Shown one piece after another: positions 15,701 through 29,462 of a stretch of 64,000 nucleotides of DNA; positions within the stretch are counted from its first letter, which is position 1; each line of letters starts with the position of its first letter. The stretch is from Bugula neritina (lineage: Eukaryota; Animalia; Bryozoa). The stretch spans positions 7,473,190 through 7,537,189 of the forward strand of contig OZ037771.1 in the NCBI GenBank assembly GCA_964035545.1, in the 5' to 3' direction. The translations under genes and the position numbers were made by a program. The notes below the pieces were generated by a model, which made no database searches, had not been told where the DNA came from, and saw only the letters and a program-made list of their open reading frames with translations.

Positions 15701-18700
15701 TGTAGTGTAGTGTTATACTGTAGTATTATACTGTAGTGTAGTATTACACTGTAGTGTAGTGTAGTATTACACTGTAGTGTAGTGTTATACTGTAGTGTAG
15801 TGTTATACTGTAGTGTAGTGTTATACTGTAGTGTAGTGTTATACTGTAGTGTAGTATTATACTGTAGTGTAGTGTTATACTGTAGTGTAGTGTTATACTG
15901 TAGTGTAGTGTTATACTGTAGTGTAGTGTTATACTGTAGTGTAGTATTATACTGTAGTGTAGTGTTATACTGTAGTATAGTGTTATACTGTAGTATAGTG
16001 TTATACTGTAGTGCAGTGTTATACTGTAGTGTAGTGTAGTATTACACTGTAGTGTAGTGTTATACTGTAGTGTAGTGTTATACTGTAGTGTAGTGTTATA
16101 CTGTAGTATAGTGTTATACTGTAGTATAGTGTTATACTGTAGTGTAGTGTTATACTGTAGTGTAGTGTTATACTGTAGTGTAGTGTTATACTGTAGTGTT
16201 ATACTGTAGTGTAGTGTTATACTGTAGTGTAGTATTATACTGTAGTATAGTGTGAAAACTCAGTCAAATAATAAAGTTGTAAGACAATTTCATGCAAACC
16301 TCCAGCAAAGATGTGAGAAAAGCAATCCTAGTGTTATGTGAGTGACCCAGAATAGGTAGGCGGGTGAGAAAGACGTGCAGGTTTCCCTTTGGTGTAGAGA
16401 CGGCCAGCAACTGACCATCGTCTGTCCACGATATCCGATCAACTGACCGCTCTTCATCAAGTGTGATAATAGACGTAACTTCCTTCATGTCGCTGGCCAT
16501 GTGCACTCGAATACTGTAACAATATAATACTAATCCTACATGTGCACTGTAACAATACAATACCAATACTACATGCATACTGTAACAATGTAATACTAAT
16601 ACTACATGTGTAGTGTAACAATACAATACTAGTCCAATATGCACATTGTAACAATGCAATACTAATACTAATGTACATGCATACTGTAACTATACAATAC
16701 TATATGCATACTGTAACCACACAATACTAATACTACATGTGCATACTGTAACTATACAATACTAATACTACATGCATACTGTAATTATACAATACCAATA
16801 CTACATGCATACTGTAACTATACAATACCACTACTACATGCATACTGTAACAATACAATACTAATACTACATGTGTAGTGTAACAATACAATACTAGTCC
16901 AATATGCATACTGTAACAATGCAATACTACACACAACATCACATTGTGAGATGAACAGCCAACACACCTGTTGTCACCTGCAGATGCTGCCATATCTATA
17001 GAGTCATTGATGTCTATAGAAGACAGTCTATCTTTGTGATCTCTTTGCTGGTAGAGCTCCTGTCCAATCTCCTTCATGTGAGTTGAGATGACAATAAAGT
17101 AGCCATTAGAAAACCCTATCAGTATATATCCATCTCCAAACCTACAACGGTCAGCAATATACTCAAGATTTAACCTGTACAAGAGAAGGTAACTTTCCTA
17201 CTCTGACTTATACTTGAAAGATGTGAGCTACAACCTTTTGCAGATTTCATACAGCTGGTTGTGATTATGAAAAACCAATTGTGGCGGCTTACATTTCTGT
17301 ACAAATAAAAGAATAGAAAGAGTTCTAACATTGTCGTAGCTCACCATTTGTAGTCAACGATGTTTCCATACTTGTTCTGGAAAGCCAGCTCTATAGGGTT
17401 GGTTGGGTCACTCATGTTGTATAGAAAGAGAGACTTCTTTGCCAAAACAAGACTCACCTGAGGGCATTGTAATAAAATCATAACTACAGAAGCTAAATAG
17501 AGCGGACTAGTAATTTATATAACAAAACATAAATAAATTAGAATACTTCTAAACAAGTTGCTTAACAGAGAAGCTATGAATAAAAAGTAAGGTCAATGAA
17601 AAACTATCAGAAAAATATTTTATTTTATGATGCAATGAGTCAAATTCTCCAATCACAATGATTATGACTAGGTAATGACAAACAGTAACTAACTATGTTG
17701 GATATAACAGCTATAAGTAATAAACAAAACAAGGTTTAGAACAAACGAATCAAATTATTTTAATATTACGTAATTGTAAATAGTTTATTTAGTTTATTTA
17801 TGGCTATGTATAACCATTAATTTGTAATATTTATTTTGAAACATCTACACTTTATTCCATAATATAAAAAACTCCATTCGAAATTTGAACAAGGGTTTGA
17901 TAGAAGTTATTTCGTTACCAAACTCACTCAACTCCCCCACATGCCTGTAGCACAACCAAATACACAGAAGTATAAAATACTCACAGTATCTTCTCCGACT
18001 TTACTTCTTTCGTCCATTTTCATCTCACTGAACTGTATGTCGGAAGGGATTTCCCTCACTGTTTCCTGTTTGACGGTGTCTCCGTCAGCGTTGGTGATGC
18101 TGAAAGTCTTGTCATCGCTGCCGAGGGCCAACAGACCTCCCTTACTCCACGAGCCGCATGTTATGCGTTTGGTATGCTTACCTAAGATGGGTATCTTCCT
18201 GTAAGAAAAACAGTATGCTTGTTGGACATAAAACTCTTGCAAGTTCATAGTTGCTATCCCTGTGAGAGCTCCTAATGAAAAGGCTAAGGACTTTTTCTAA
18301 TGTGGCACAGGAGTAATTATGGCTGAATGCTCTTCCTAACATTGCTGCCGGTGTTTGAACTTAAACCACTGACCTCATGTTTACTAGACCAGCACTCTAA
18401 CCACATGCTTTTTCAACACATGCAATATATATTTTCATGTTAATATTTGCCATGTAAACTAGCAACCCATAGGAATAAAATATGCAGCTGCTACAGATAA
18501 ACTTCACTGCTTCTGGTGTATAGTAGTTCATACTGATTACTATTAGTCATAATTCATGACACATTCTATTACAGACACTTGTTGCCAGCTGTCACAAATA
18601 CCCATTGGTATTTATAACTGACACTTATCTTACAGTGAAAAACTTAGCTAGTATTAACCAACCTTGAAGTCCGGTGATCATAGATAAGGAGATTCCCCTT

Positions 18701-21621
18701 AGCAGTACCAATAGCTAAGAGTGAGCCCGTCTTGGACCATGCTAAGAAGGTTAGTGGGTCTCTACACGCAGAATAGATTGAGGGTCATCCACAGTAATAC
18801 ATATTCAATGCAGCAAATCATACGTTATTGTGATAAGTTAAAACCAAAACACTGTTTCTACCAAACAAGCTTGACTTATTAAGTACAAAATAATGAAGAG
18901 AGTAAATACAGCCAGACATGTTCTGCCTTGCCATTCTAGCTGTATTGGAATGCAAAAATGGCAATAAGGTGAAATTGTGTCATTAGACTTATGCTGCATT
19001 CCTTTCAAAAGTTCATAATATATTTTCACTACGACTATAATAGTACTTGGTTTTAAAATCAATCAATAAGAAGCCTATCACCGGAAGCTCTGATGTTACT
19101 AGGAAGACAAGCATGAAATAGCAACACTGGGTGAGCTTTATATGCCTCATTAGAATCCTTGGCATATAAAGTTCTAACCTATCGCATACGTTAAAGGTTA
19201 GGCATAACTAATAGGAGCTTATGTAAGTTTCTGATTCTTATGTATTGAGGATCCAAAGGCAAGCAACAACGTGACCTGAGATTGAGAAAACAACTTCAAA
19301 CTCAAAACTGAGTAACAAATACTTCTGACAAGGTGAACCAAAGCAGGCAGCCTTTAATTAGATTGAAATTTAACAAACCTGAGGCTACTGTCAACCTGAA
19401 AGGTCCTCTGTGAGTTGGCGTCCCACAGAAATATGATGTGGCTTTTATCAGTGATGATTGACAGAATGTCTCCATCTTTGTCCCAGCCGAGCCCAGTCAC
19501 AGCTCTACAGTTAAAGAGAGAGTAGATTAACTGAAGGGTGCCTTGCTTAAACTCACAATCTCTATAAAAACTCAAACTTCAAACCAACTGGCGAAATGAC
19601 TCTAGTTAGTAGATGGTTTCTTAATTTGGCGTAAAAGAATTTCTGAAGTTAATTTTCTTTTAAATACAACCAGTGAACCAACTCTAGCACAGCTTGTTAA
19701 AATTGTTTGATCAGGATTGCTCTTTCTTTTAAGTCTTATAACTACTTGAAACTATATTCATACAGGACATTCTCTATTTTGAAAATACATTTGTTCTGAT
19801 AACAACTAATTAACTGAATAATGAAAGAGTTTAACAGAAAATAAATTATATAAACGGAGTTTGTAGCTGGATCTAGTAATGCCAAGACCGGTAGTTTAAA
19901 TGACTTTCAAATAGGAAATAAATATATACAACTACAATGTCCTACTATCAATAGTGTTGGAAGTACCTAAAATTTTGCTTGCGTGAAAATACAGAATGGA
20001 AACATGTCTAATAAAAAAGATTTATGCAAAATAAATATACTTAATGCTCGTCTAAAGAGATCTACTATCACATACCCTGGTAAGTCTATATCTTTGACTA
20101 GATTCCCATGTCTATCGTAAATGTTGACAGTGTTTTCACCGCTAAAACAAAATAACATTTATTGTTATACGAGCAAAACACGGACAAATTTAATTAGCAA
20201 GCATATTAGCAATATATGTACTTTAGATCTCAACAAGCAGTCTACCACTAATAAACTTTGTATCAAGTTTACGTATTCAATATACCAACACTTGAGCAAT
20301 TGAGTATGTTTCAATTACTCGTTTCTATCAAAATTACAACATCTAGTCTAAAAAGGAAATAGGCTATTAGGCAGAATATATAATTCAGTTTAACGAAACT
20401 CAAAATTCAGCTTCATTAGTCAAAAGCTAAAATAGTCAATCCCTGCAATGATTTATGAATGATTGCATCAGAATAATGATAACGATAATTTCACATTTAC
20501 ACAAAACTTTTTAGATAAGCTACTTACTTGGTAGAAGCCAAATAATTGCCAAGAGTTTTCTGCCAGCAATAAATAGAGTGACTTCCTACAGAGCCTTGTA
20601 ATGAAAACAATTTCTAAAATAAAAAGACAGATGTAGATGTACATTGAGACACTCGTGCTGATATTAATAACTGTGAAATGATAATCAAAACAACACACGA
20701 AATACTAAATAACGATTGTGGTGTTATTGTTTTGTGTTGTTTTGTGTTATTGTTTCAGCTATTGCGAAAGAAAGTGAACGTGCTCAAGTTAGTTGATTAA
20801 CGAAAGAGGCCGAAGCCGTGTTTTATTGCCACAATATATAATACAATATATTACTAAAATTATTACAAGATAAGTGAGACAATTGATTATTATGATTATG
20901 CACAAAATAGTAGATTAATAAAATAACATCACAAATAAATATTTACATAAATACCAAACAGTTATAATTAACACTCGTGGTTATAATCATAATGAAACTC
21001 ATTATTAATTATGATAATTGTTTTATGTTATTTTGTAATATTATTTCAGCTATCGTGAAAAAGAGAGAACGTGCTCAAGTTAGTTGATTAACGGAAGAGG
21101 CCGAAGCCGTGATTTATTACCACAATAAATATACAAGATAATACTAAAATTATTACAATAAGTGAGACAATTAATTATTAACTTTAAGATTATGACAAAA
21201 ATAGTAAAATAATAAAATTACAAATTACAAATAAATGTTTACATAAACATAACAGTAATTTAATAATCATGATTATGATCATTGTGATAATCATAATTAT
21301 AATAATTCTGATTCTCATTTGATTCAACTCAAAATGAAAATCAAACCGACGGCTAAACAAATAGTGACACTCATACTCGTAGTGGTCTTTATTTTTATCT
21401 TTTAAAACTAATCACGGTGTTGATCTGCTTTTGGTCTTACTCTTAATGAGATTAAAAGACTAAAAATAACTGTAACAGTAGCTGTAAGTCACTGTCGGTA
21501 TCGGAGAGTGCGAATGAGTCCGGCAGCAATAGTCAATGTGAATGTCATAGAAATAGAAGTTTCTGATCAAATAATAGCACACCTGGTAATATTTAGTTTG
21601 CACCGTAATACGTACCTTCAT
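775..21621 (-). CDS. WDR19: WD repeat-containing protein 19 / intraflagellar transport protein IFT144 (multi-exon, 3' part outside window)
   Basis: 25 GT-AG exons in frame: 21616-21621 (MK), 20528-20613, 20076-20141, 19379-19504, 18663-18761, 17985-18198, 17345-17457, 16968-17141, 16300-16513, 15287-15428, 13752-13858, 13202-13324, 12389-12538, 11923-12070, 9583-9746, 8522-8657, 7873-8045, 5137-5375, 4643-4801, 4384-4524, 3584-3798, 2692-2801, 2126-2272, 1380-1601, 775-856. Peptides [74 protein letters not shown] and [13 protein letters not shown] match WDR19. Confidence 0.97.
6168..6512. repeat. 14-bp minisatellite (CTATACTATACAGT)n
   Basis: Direct reading; WDR19 intron. Confidence 0.95.
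7646..7840 (-). mobile_element. Same SINE family, near full-length
   Basis: Reverse complement aligns along its length with 44563-44760. Confidence 0.85.
11085..11495. repeat. 21-bp minisatellite (ATGGCAGATAGGAGTATATAC)n
   Basis: Direct reading; explains the repetitive ORFs at 10958-11562. Confidence 0.95.
13525..13714. mobile_element. Second, more diverged copy of the same MITE
   Basis: TA|CAATGCTCC...GGAGGGAACACTG; shares AAATCTGGTATTCTACTATGTCAC and GTGAGATATGGAGGGA with 52995-53183. Confidence 0.75.
15580..16252. repeat. 18-bp minisatellite (TGTAGTGTAGTGTTATAC)n
   Basis: Direct reading; fills most of a WDR19 intron. Confidence 0.95.
16511..16930 (-). repeat. 33-bp minisatellite containing the WDR19 3' splice site
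   Basis: Minus-strand unit approx. TATGCATGTAGTATTAGTATTGTATTGTTACAG; the last unit supplies the real acceptor at 16514/16513. Confidence 0.9.
18242..18405 (-). mobile_element. Same SINE family, diverged
   Basis: CTATCCCTGTGAGAG...GGCTAAGGACT...GGCACAGGAGTAATTATGGCTGAATGCTCTTCCTAACAT. Confidence 0.75.
20725..21262. repeat. Tandem duplication, about 290-bp period
   Basis: Two copies of TTTCAGCTAT...GAACGTGCTCAAGTTAGTTGATTAACG.AAGAGGCCGAAGCCGTG...AAGTGAGACAATT. Confidence 0.9.
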
Positions 21622-22324
21622 CGCAGACATTGTAATATGGTAGATTTAAAATAGGACATACAAATTATAGAATTTTAATAACAAGTTACATAGTAATCAC
21701 AATTGCAACGAAAAAATGAATGAAATAAGCCTTTGGAGCCTTTAGCAACAGGAATGCGATGCGCGAGCAGCTTTTACTAAGTTGTTTCACGCAGTTTCTT
21801 ATTGTTTCAATTTCAATGCATAATGATAAATTTAGATAGATAACAACATTTTAAAACAAAATTTTGTATATTTATATTTTAAATGTTCATTACATATTTT
21901 ATATAACATTTATTTGTTACAATGTATTTATCAAAAAATGTTTTCTCACACACAGAGCTAGGAAAATATACGAAACCTATTTCTAATGAATTTTGCGTGC
22001 TTTCACTTTGACTATTAGTTTCATTTTCACTTTCAACCTTGTGATTTTTTCGACGTTGAGCCCTGAGTACGCTGTTGTTTGTAATATAATGGCCAACCAA
22101 GGCTGTTTGTTATGACGATGTTAATTGGTAGCATTATAATTATGGTGATCAGATCGTGGTCATACTTCAAGAGTCCGGGCTCACGCTGATGCAATCTCAG
22201 TCTGAAAGTGAATCATTATCATTATGATTATTAGTATTACTGTCAGCTAGTTATAATCATAATGCTTTTAGATCAAGCATAATATAAACAAAATCTATTG
22301 ATAGTAATTTAAATGGATCCTTAC
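21622..22324. promoter_or_regulatory. Putative bidirectional promoter WDR19/B3GALNT2, with X-box-like sites
   Basis: Divergent ATGs about 700 bp apart. Imperfect RFX X-box-like motifs GTTACATAGTAAT (21685-21697) and GAGCCTTTAGCAAC (21736-21749) lie just upstream of a ciliary gene. Confidence 0.55.
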
Positions 22325-25300
22325 ATGTACAAAATACTGGCAATTTCTCTTGCACTAAGTTCTATCGTCCTCCTCATAGGGTTGAAAAGTAAGTATGCTT
22401 AATTATTAAAGTACAGGTACATATTTTTATTATACAGTAATTATTTTAATTTAAGTTGTTTTTTCTTTGAATATATTTGGTTCTCTACTCTTCATCAATA
22501 ATTGCAAGTTATCTGCACTCACTTGCATGAATTAAATATGCATTTATGTGAATGCAGGTTAAATTTATATAAAAGCGTTTTATTTCATTTGTGAGAGTTT
22601 GTTGGGCTTTGCCAATAAACATTTGTGCATGAAATATGCTTTTGTTGATATATTTGTTGTTGTAAATGTGAAATTATATAGAAAATCTTTCATTTTCTAG
22701 ATCAGGAAAGTGAATATGATCTGGTTATTATAGTATTATCAGCCAGGGATCACTTCTTTCAGCGAAGTATGATTCGTGAAACCTGGAAAACATCAGCTGC
22801 AAATGTCAGGTACTGTTTTAAGTATTTGTAATAAAAACATTTTACTGTATTTGAGTTTCATGTCTATGATAACGATATGTGATAAGTTAAGCATGATGTT
22901 TCATGTATTTCCCTGTAACTAAGGTAATCTGATACAGTGTAAAGACGCTGTTTGCTGTCGGGAACGAGTGTCTGATACATCCAAGTGACAGAATCGATGA
23001 GTTTAGCTGCCGTATGTGGAATATTTCTCTGGAAGGTTTGCTTTTAAATAATAATATGAAATTCATTGTTAAAAGTTTCATCACACATGAGTGTGTCAGT
23101 ATTTATGTTTGATAAATGTTTGCTTTTTAAATTTTTATATTCACTTGTGTTTTCTTTTTCACAAGTCAGTTTAAACATCTAACATATTTCTCCGCTGTTT
23201 ACTTTTAGATTTATCAATTTGCAGAAACTGTTTTATAAATAAATTTTGGCTAAAATCGAAGGACTAGAGTCACTAGACTATGATGCTTCTTAGAATACTT
23301 TTTTGAATATATAGTAACATGCTAAAAAGAGATTAGTGTGGCAGTTTTCTGCTATATTTTATTTTAGAATATAAATCTTTGTTGCTAATTTTAGAAAAGT
23401 TTTGTTTAGATATTAAACCATCATAAATCTTGTAAAATTTATATACTTTTCCAGATGTTGATGATGAAACGCTTCACAGTTGGAGTTACCCCTCCTCGAA
23501 CATTCCTTTTAAGTCATCACCTGGCATGAAATTCATCTTCAATGTATGTTCTGGTAAAACTATCATTGCCTTTTTTACTACAGACATTATTTTTGCTGCA
23601 GTTATCTTTCAATGAATTTCATTGATTAATTGCAGGTTATTCATCCAATAGAAGTACACGAACTAACTATTCAGAGCAGCTGTCTAAGAGAATTAAAAAG
23701 AGGAAATATAACAATAACTTTGTATGATCGAAAAACAGATGTAAGTCAAATATTTTTGTAGGTACACTTTTTCACACACCAAACAATTCTTATTTAATTA
23801 AGTTGAGGCATTCAGCCTACCAAGCTTGAGTTTTAAACACAAGCACTTGAATTCTAATTTGCACCTGTAACTCAAGAATGAGCCTTAAACAAGGTTTGCT
23901 TCTGGACATTCTCTTAACATGAGTGCAATTAGTTTTAGGTAAAGCTTTACTAATCTATAAACAGATGATGGCTGGTAAAAAAAATTGCCCTCTATAACGC
24001 TTTTTTTTCAAAAAACTTTTCAAATGTTTTCTACAGGAAGGTTTGACATCAGTTGACCTTGACTTTGAAAACACCACCAGCTCATTTGATACACACATAA
24101 CTGAGATAAGGATTCCACAGAACTCTATACTGCTCCCAAAGGTAAAGCTCATTTGCAGAGAAATTACATTTTTTGTTTTTTTCCTGGTTGTGTTTTACTC
24201 GAGTACTCTTACCCTTTAACATCGTATAGTCAAAACAAGTAACGCTTGTCACTGTTACCCAGCAGTATTATGTTGAGGTCTTTTTCCTATTTTTAGGGCT
24301 TTGAAGGTGTGGTAGCGGTGGAAGGTGGCAAGTGTTCCAGTGAAATACTGAAAGAAATGAAATGCAGCCCGTTCTTAGACTGTGTAAGTGATAATCAAAT
24401 ACACCAACAGTGCAGCAGTTGTCTTATTTTTAAATTTTCTTTGAATACGCAATATAATAATAGTTTTTGATGTGGTCCCATAACACCAGGTTTATTCTTT
24501 TACGTGAAAACAGACCTTGAATTTGGATTTGTTTACTTAAATTCATGTGGCTATAGCCTATAGGTCTATCTGCTCAAACTATTGGCTAAAATTTTGAGTT
24601 ATAATTTATTACATTTACATTTTCATGCTGTCCACATTATATACACTAAATTTTTATGTTAATAATTGGAGTTTTTTCTTTTTTGCATTTCATGAACTTG
24701 GTTAAACAACTCTTGCTTAGTCTTGATTATTATAGAGTTTTCTACTTATTATTGTAGGTAGACAGTAGGTTTGACCCTGTAGTTGGAATGAACTTCAAGA
24801 TATTAGGTAATTGTTTTGAAATATTTTTGGCTATTACATATAAGTAATAAGTCATCTATTTTTAATAAACAAATTTACCATAACATGTTTTTCCAAAGTT
24901 CCTTGCAATTTTTGACACAATATTTAAAATGTGTTTGCGATGGTGTCACTTCTCATATATTATTGTATTTGTCATGGTTTTTCTCTGTTAGTTATTTTAA
25001 ATATTGCTTTTTTCTAGTTCTCATTTTGTAGACAAAAATAGACTTAGAGGTTTCATTCAGGATCGCCCCTATCGTCAAGATGCATGGTCATTGGTTCAGA
25101 AAAAACGTTTGAGTGAATTGCAACAGGAATCTAGTCTCCATAAAGACATGCTCTTCATTGATGCTGTAGATACGTACAGGAATCTTCCAGAAAAACTTCT
25201 GCAGTCTCTGCAATGGTAAAAGAATATACGGAACAAACCCAACCTTTTTTAAATTCTGACTAGTTTCAGTATGTATGTGTGATATATCATGTGGCTTGTT

Positions 25301-27850
25301 GTGTTTAATATTATAGAAATATTTATTGTCTAGACTGAAAGAAAATAGTAATATGAAAAACGGCTACATCATAAGTTACTATAAGTGTATTTGCAAGTTG
25401 CAAGTGTAAGTGGCAAGTGTAAAGATGAGTGAAAATGCTAGGTTTTTATACCAGTCAAAAAGGTTAGCTATTGTGTAGTAGCCATGATGAGTGTGGAAAA
25501 GGCATAATATAGCTGACATAGCTGTGATGATACATGAAAAGCTATAATGAATTAGAGAAAAGCTTTCCTAACATATGTAAAGTCCCAACATAGCTAAATC
25601 TTTGTTCAATGTCAGTTTTGTTTCTAAGAAAGAACAAAGAATATGCTAAGAACTGTAGATATTAATGACTGAATATTTTCTGTTGCAACTCATTAGTAAC
25701 TGGTGCAATCTTTTATCTTTATTTCTAGTACCCATTTTTATAGGCTGAGAACTTTCAATTAATTTAGGGTGTTTAGCTCTCAAATGTTGTCTAAACCCAA
25801 TCTTTATTCTGTAAATTATATTGAAGCCCTTTTAGTGTTGTCTGAGCAGTAAACCAATATATATTGTTGATGACATGTTTTGTGTGTGTAGGTTGTATAT
25901 GAATATGAATGTCAACTACATTATGAAAACTGATGATGACTGCTATGTCAATGTCCCTCTAGTGGTAAGAAAACTCCAACAAATGAGATCAGCCAACTTA
26001 ACTCAGAGAGTGTGGCTAGGAAAGTGAGTCTATGCTCTATACGGATATCATGGCATGTTTCTATTTTCTATTAGTTATAGTTTTACTTTTATCATTTTAC
26101 TTTTCAAGTATCCAATAGTGTATTAAGAGACTGTCTGTGGTGTACTAAGTATATTTTTATGCAATTCCTTGGCACACATTGAAGTCATTCTGCGACTTGA
26201 CAGATTGTGTCTTGTTAGAAAGCCTTTGATGTACTGATATAAACCAGCATAAAGTTCTGTCTACAGTAGTAATATATTCATACTGTGGGTAGACAGAAGC
26301 GCTTAAAAGAGCTATTACTACGATATCATATAATCACACATAATAGTAATAAGAATTTCACATGTACATTTTATAAATAGATCTCTGGTTTTCTAATAAT
26401 ATAATATTGCTGGTTGACGACTCGAGGCAGCTAAAAACGTAAATGCTCAAACTGTTCAATAATATATTCTCAAAGTCTTGTTGTCTTCTTTAATTGTAAA
26501 ATATACTATTACATGATTGGTTTAAGTCATTCATTTTTAACTTTTGGATATGAAAAGATACACCCGACATCTACTGTGAGAGAATTTACTTCTTACACAC
26601 ATGTGCACTTGGACTATGCTATGCTAAACGTCAGTTATCTACTTTCTATAGTATCTCTTTCTATTAGAATAAGTTTATAGAGGGCTTCACACGCTGACTG
26701 CTTTGCCTAACATTACTAATAACTCTTACAAGATTTGAATAATCAATTTAACACATCACACTAGGCAAGCAATCTCTATCCAAAGTACTATAGCATAATT
26801 TCCTATCAATGGAATTATATAATTCTAAATAACTGGTCAATTCATGTAGTAATAACTATCTGCAAGTCTGCATGGCAGTTAATTCTAATATTTGGTATAG
26901 ATTATATGTTTTTTCCAGTCATAATTGCTCCTGTGCCCCATCTGACTAAGTCCTTTGCCTGATTTAACTAAAACCCCTTCTATCAGGGGTTTTCTCACTG
27001 GGATAGTGACTATAAACTTGCATGAGATTTTTGGTCGAGTTATTTTTAAATGAATTCTATTTACACTGCATTAGCTTATTATAAAGTCTTTTCACCTCTG
27101 TGCCCACATGAAGTGCTGTATGAATGTCATGTGACTAGTTTCAGAAAGATGTGGGCTGTGTACGATCACGGCAAATGGGCTGAGCACACCTACAATGCTT
27201 TAACCTACCCCTGGTTTGCCTGTGGATCCGGGTACATCATATCATCAGATGTTGGGGCGTATCTCACCTCTGCCCACCCTCATCTACACAGGTTTCAGGT
27301 ATCAAGACTGTTAAGGATCTAATGTTCAGATTCTTAGGTTATTAAGACTGTCCTTTTTATATAATGTTAGTATGAAAACAATACTATATGTATTATTATC
27401 CTATAGGTGCATCTAATGAGGTGTATTTCTGTAAAAAAAAGTATTTTTCACCAAGTATTAAAATATTTGTATTTTATCTATAATTTTTTATAATAAATAT
27501 TTGTTTATTGACTAAAATTGTAATTCGACAGCTTTTAAAGTTTGCTGACAGCGTAAATTAGTCAGCTGTTTCAGTTACTAATTATATAATACGTATTTTT
27601 GAAGGTATTATAAATTCATCTGCCATTTAATTACTGTGTTTAAAACTGATATAAAACCTAATTTCCTAAACAGGGTGAGGATGTGTCTATGGGCATCTGG
27701 CTCTCCTCCCTTACTATCCGCTACGTGGAAGATGAGAGTTTCAGCTGTGTTCTGCCTGAAGATGGCGTCACTGATAGTCTGGTGTCTATACCTGAGCTTA
27801 CAGGTGCTGACATGAAGCAGGTTCATGCTGAGTTAACCTCTGACCTCTAG
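22325..27850 (+). CDS. B3GALNT2: UDP-GalNAc:beta-1,3-N-acetylgalactosaminyltransferase 2 (GT31)
   Basis: 12 exons, approx. 22325-22388, 22701-22809, 22938-23035, 23455-23543, 23636-23740, 24037-24141, 24297-24383, 24758-24807, 25031-25215, 25892-26023, 27139-27298, 27674-27850. N-terminal signal anchor MYKILAISLALSSIVLLIG; motifs YDLVIIVLSARDH, DAVDTYRNLPEKLL, MKTDDDCYV, YPWFACGSGYIIS, QGEDVSMGIW. Confidence 0.93.
26915..27018 (+). mobile_element. Same SINE family, 5'-truncated
   Basis: CCAGTCATAATTGCTCCTGTGCC...ATCAGGGGTTTTCTCACTGGGATAGTGACTATAAACT. Confidence 0.8.
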
Positions 27851-27942
27851 GTGAGAGTTATATACTGTATAGGTGAGGGTTATATACTGTATAGGTGAGA
27901 GTTATATACTGTATAGGTGAGAGTTATATACTGTATAGGTGA
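27851..27942 (+). repeat. 4 x 22-bp GTGAGAGTTATATACTGTATAG
   Basis: Begins immediately after the B3GALNT2 TAG stop. Confidence 0.95.
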
Positions 27943-29462
27943 CATGCATTGTCATGCAGTTGGCATACAAAGCAATATTATTGTTCACCATGCCATTAGG
28001 TGAAACATTCAAGTGTTTCATGTATATTTCATGCTATGAAAATAGTTGGGCACAGTATTTCTAAATGTCAACCTTGTTGCAAGTATTTGTGCATTTTAGT
28101 TGTTTTAAAATCACCAAGTGGAAAACATGGGTTAGAAAAACAGTAAAGTCTAGTTTTGAATTATTTTATTTTTTTTAGGGTTGGATTTCCAAGTTGAACT
28201 ACGTTGTGTTGGTAGTACACCCGAATTACAGCAGTCTGATCAGAGTAATGCATTGTGTTGAAGGAAGAGGTCTGCGTATCCCTGGGTCTGCAAGGAGGAA
28301 CTTTAGCACAGAGGCAGCAGAAGTCTCATTAGCCAATACAATTAACTATATTCTATATTTTATTGTAAATAACAGTGTATTCAGTTTAATGAATGAGCTT
28401 TAATTGTTCCAAAACTTTGTTTTACGGAAATTTGTTGTTTAATCTATTTTACAAATAAATTGTATTTTACTATAATTATTTTAAGATACTACTATATTTA
28501 ATTTACACCACGTGCTCTATGAACTTCATTGAATGCATTGATTTTAAAAGAAGATGTAAAATATAGCATGAGTTGTAGCTACACTGATAAATTAATTGCA
28601 TTGACCTATTTAATTGTGCACTATGATGTAGGCCATATAGACATAGCCTTAGTACCTCATGCATTATGTTGAAATAGTCGTATATCCTGAGTAATATTCA
28701 TGCACGCATTATTTTTCTTCAACTCTCATTGAATTGACAAAACAATTAAATTAGAATAAAGTGTACAGAATTACCCCACTTTTCTACAAAAAAATTGCAC
28801 TATTCTACATGAAAAAGTTATTTTTAGGATTCTTAAAATAGCCGTGATGACATAAATAAGTTTGGAAATTAATGATCAAAAGTTGTCTGTATTTAATATA
28901 TTCAGTAGCTTGGCTTGTCCTTTACGTCCAGCTGCTGCCACTGAATAGAGGACAGCAGCTGCTGTCAATGGCTATTAAAGAGTGAGTTACCATTGTTAAC
29001 TCAGAGTTGACTGGCTAACATATCTATAAGTTAGCATTCTAGAGCATCACTTGCATTGTATTATATATACACTGCATACATTATATAAAGTATATTATAT
29101 ATATATTGCATACACTATATAAGGTATAATATACTTGAGGCATCCATCATATATAATATCTGAATATATAATAAAATGTGTATTGATTTAGAATATTTGT
29201 AACTCTTTGAATGCAAATGCAGGAAAACTTAAATCAATGTTGAGAAATTTAGGATAATCTGATTAATTACTCCTCATAAATAATTTTACCATCAAAAAAT
29301 AATTTACAGAATGTCCAGTGCTATATTATGTAATCTACATACAAGCTCAAATATTACTTTATATTATATCTTATGAATCCAATATACAGACTGGTTGGGC
29401 TTTTATGAATACACTTTTTATAACATGTTAATTATCATTCAAACTTATAATACTCTCACGCA

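Noticed and set aside
15580-16930. Arrays as possible CRISPR
   Set aside because: No unique spacers and no cas genes; eukaryotic introns.
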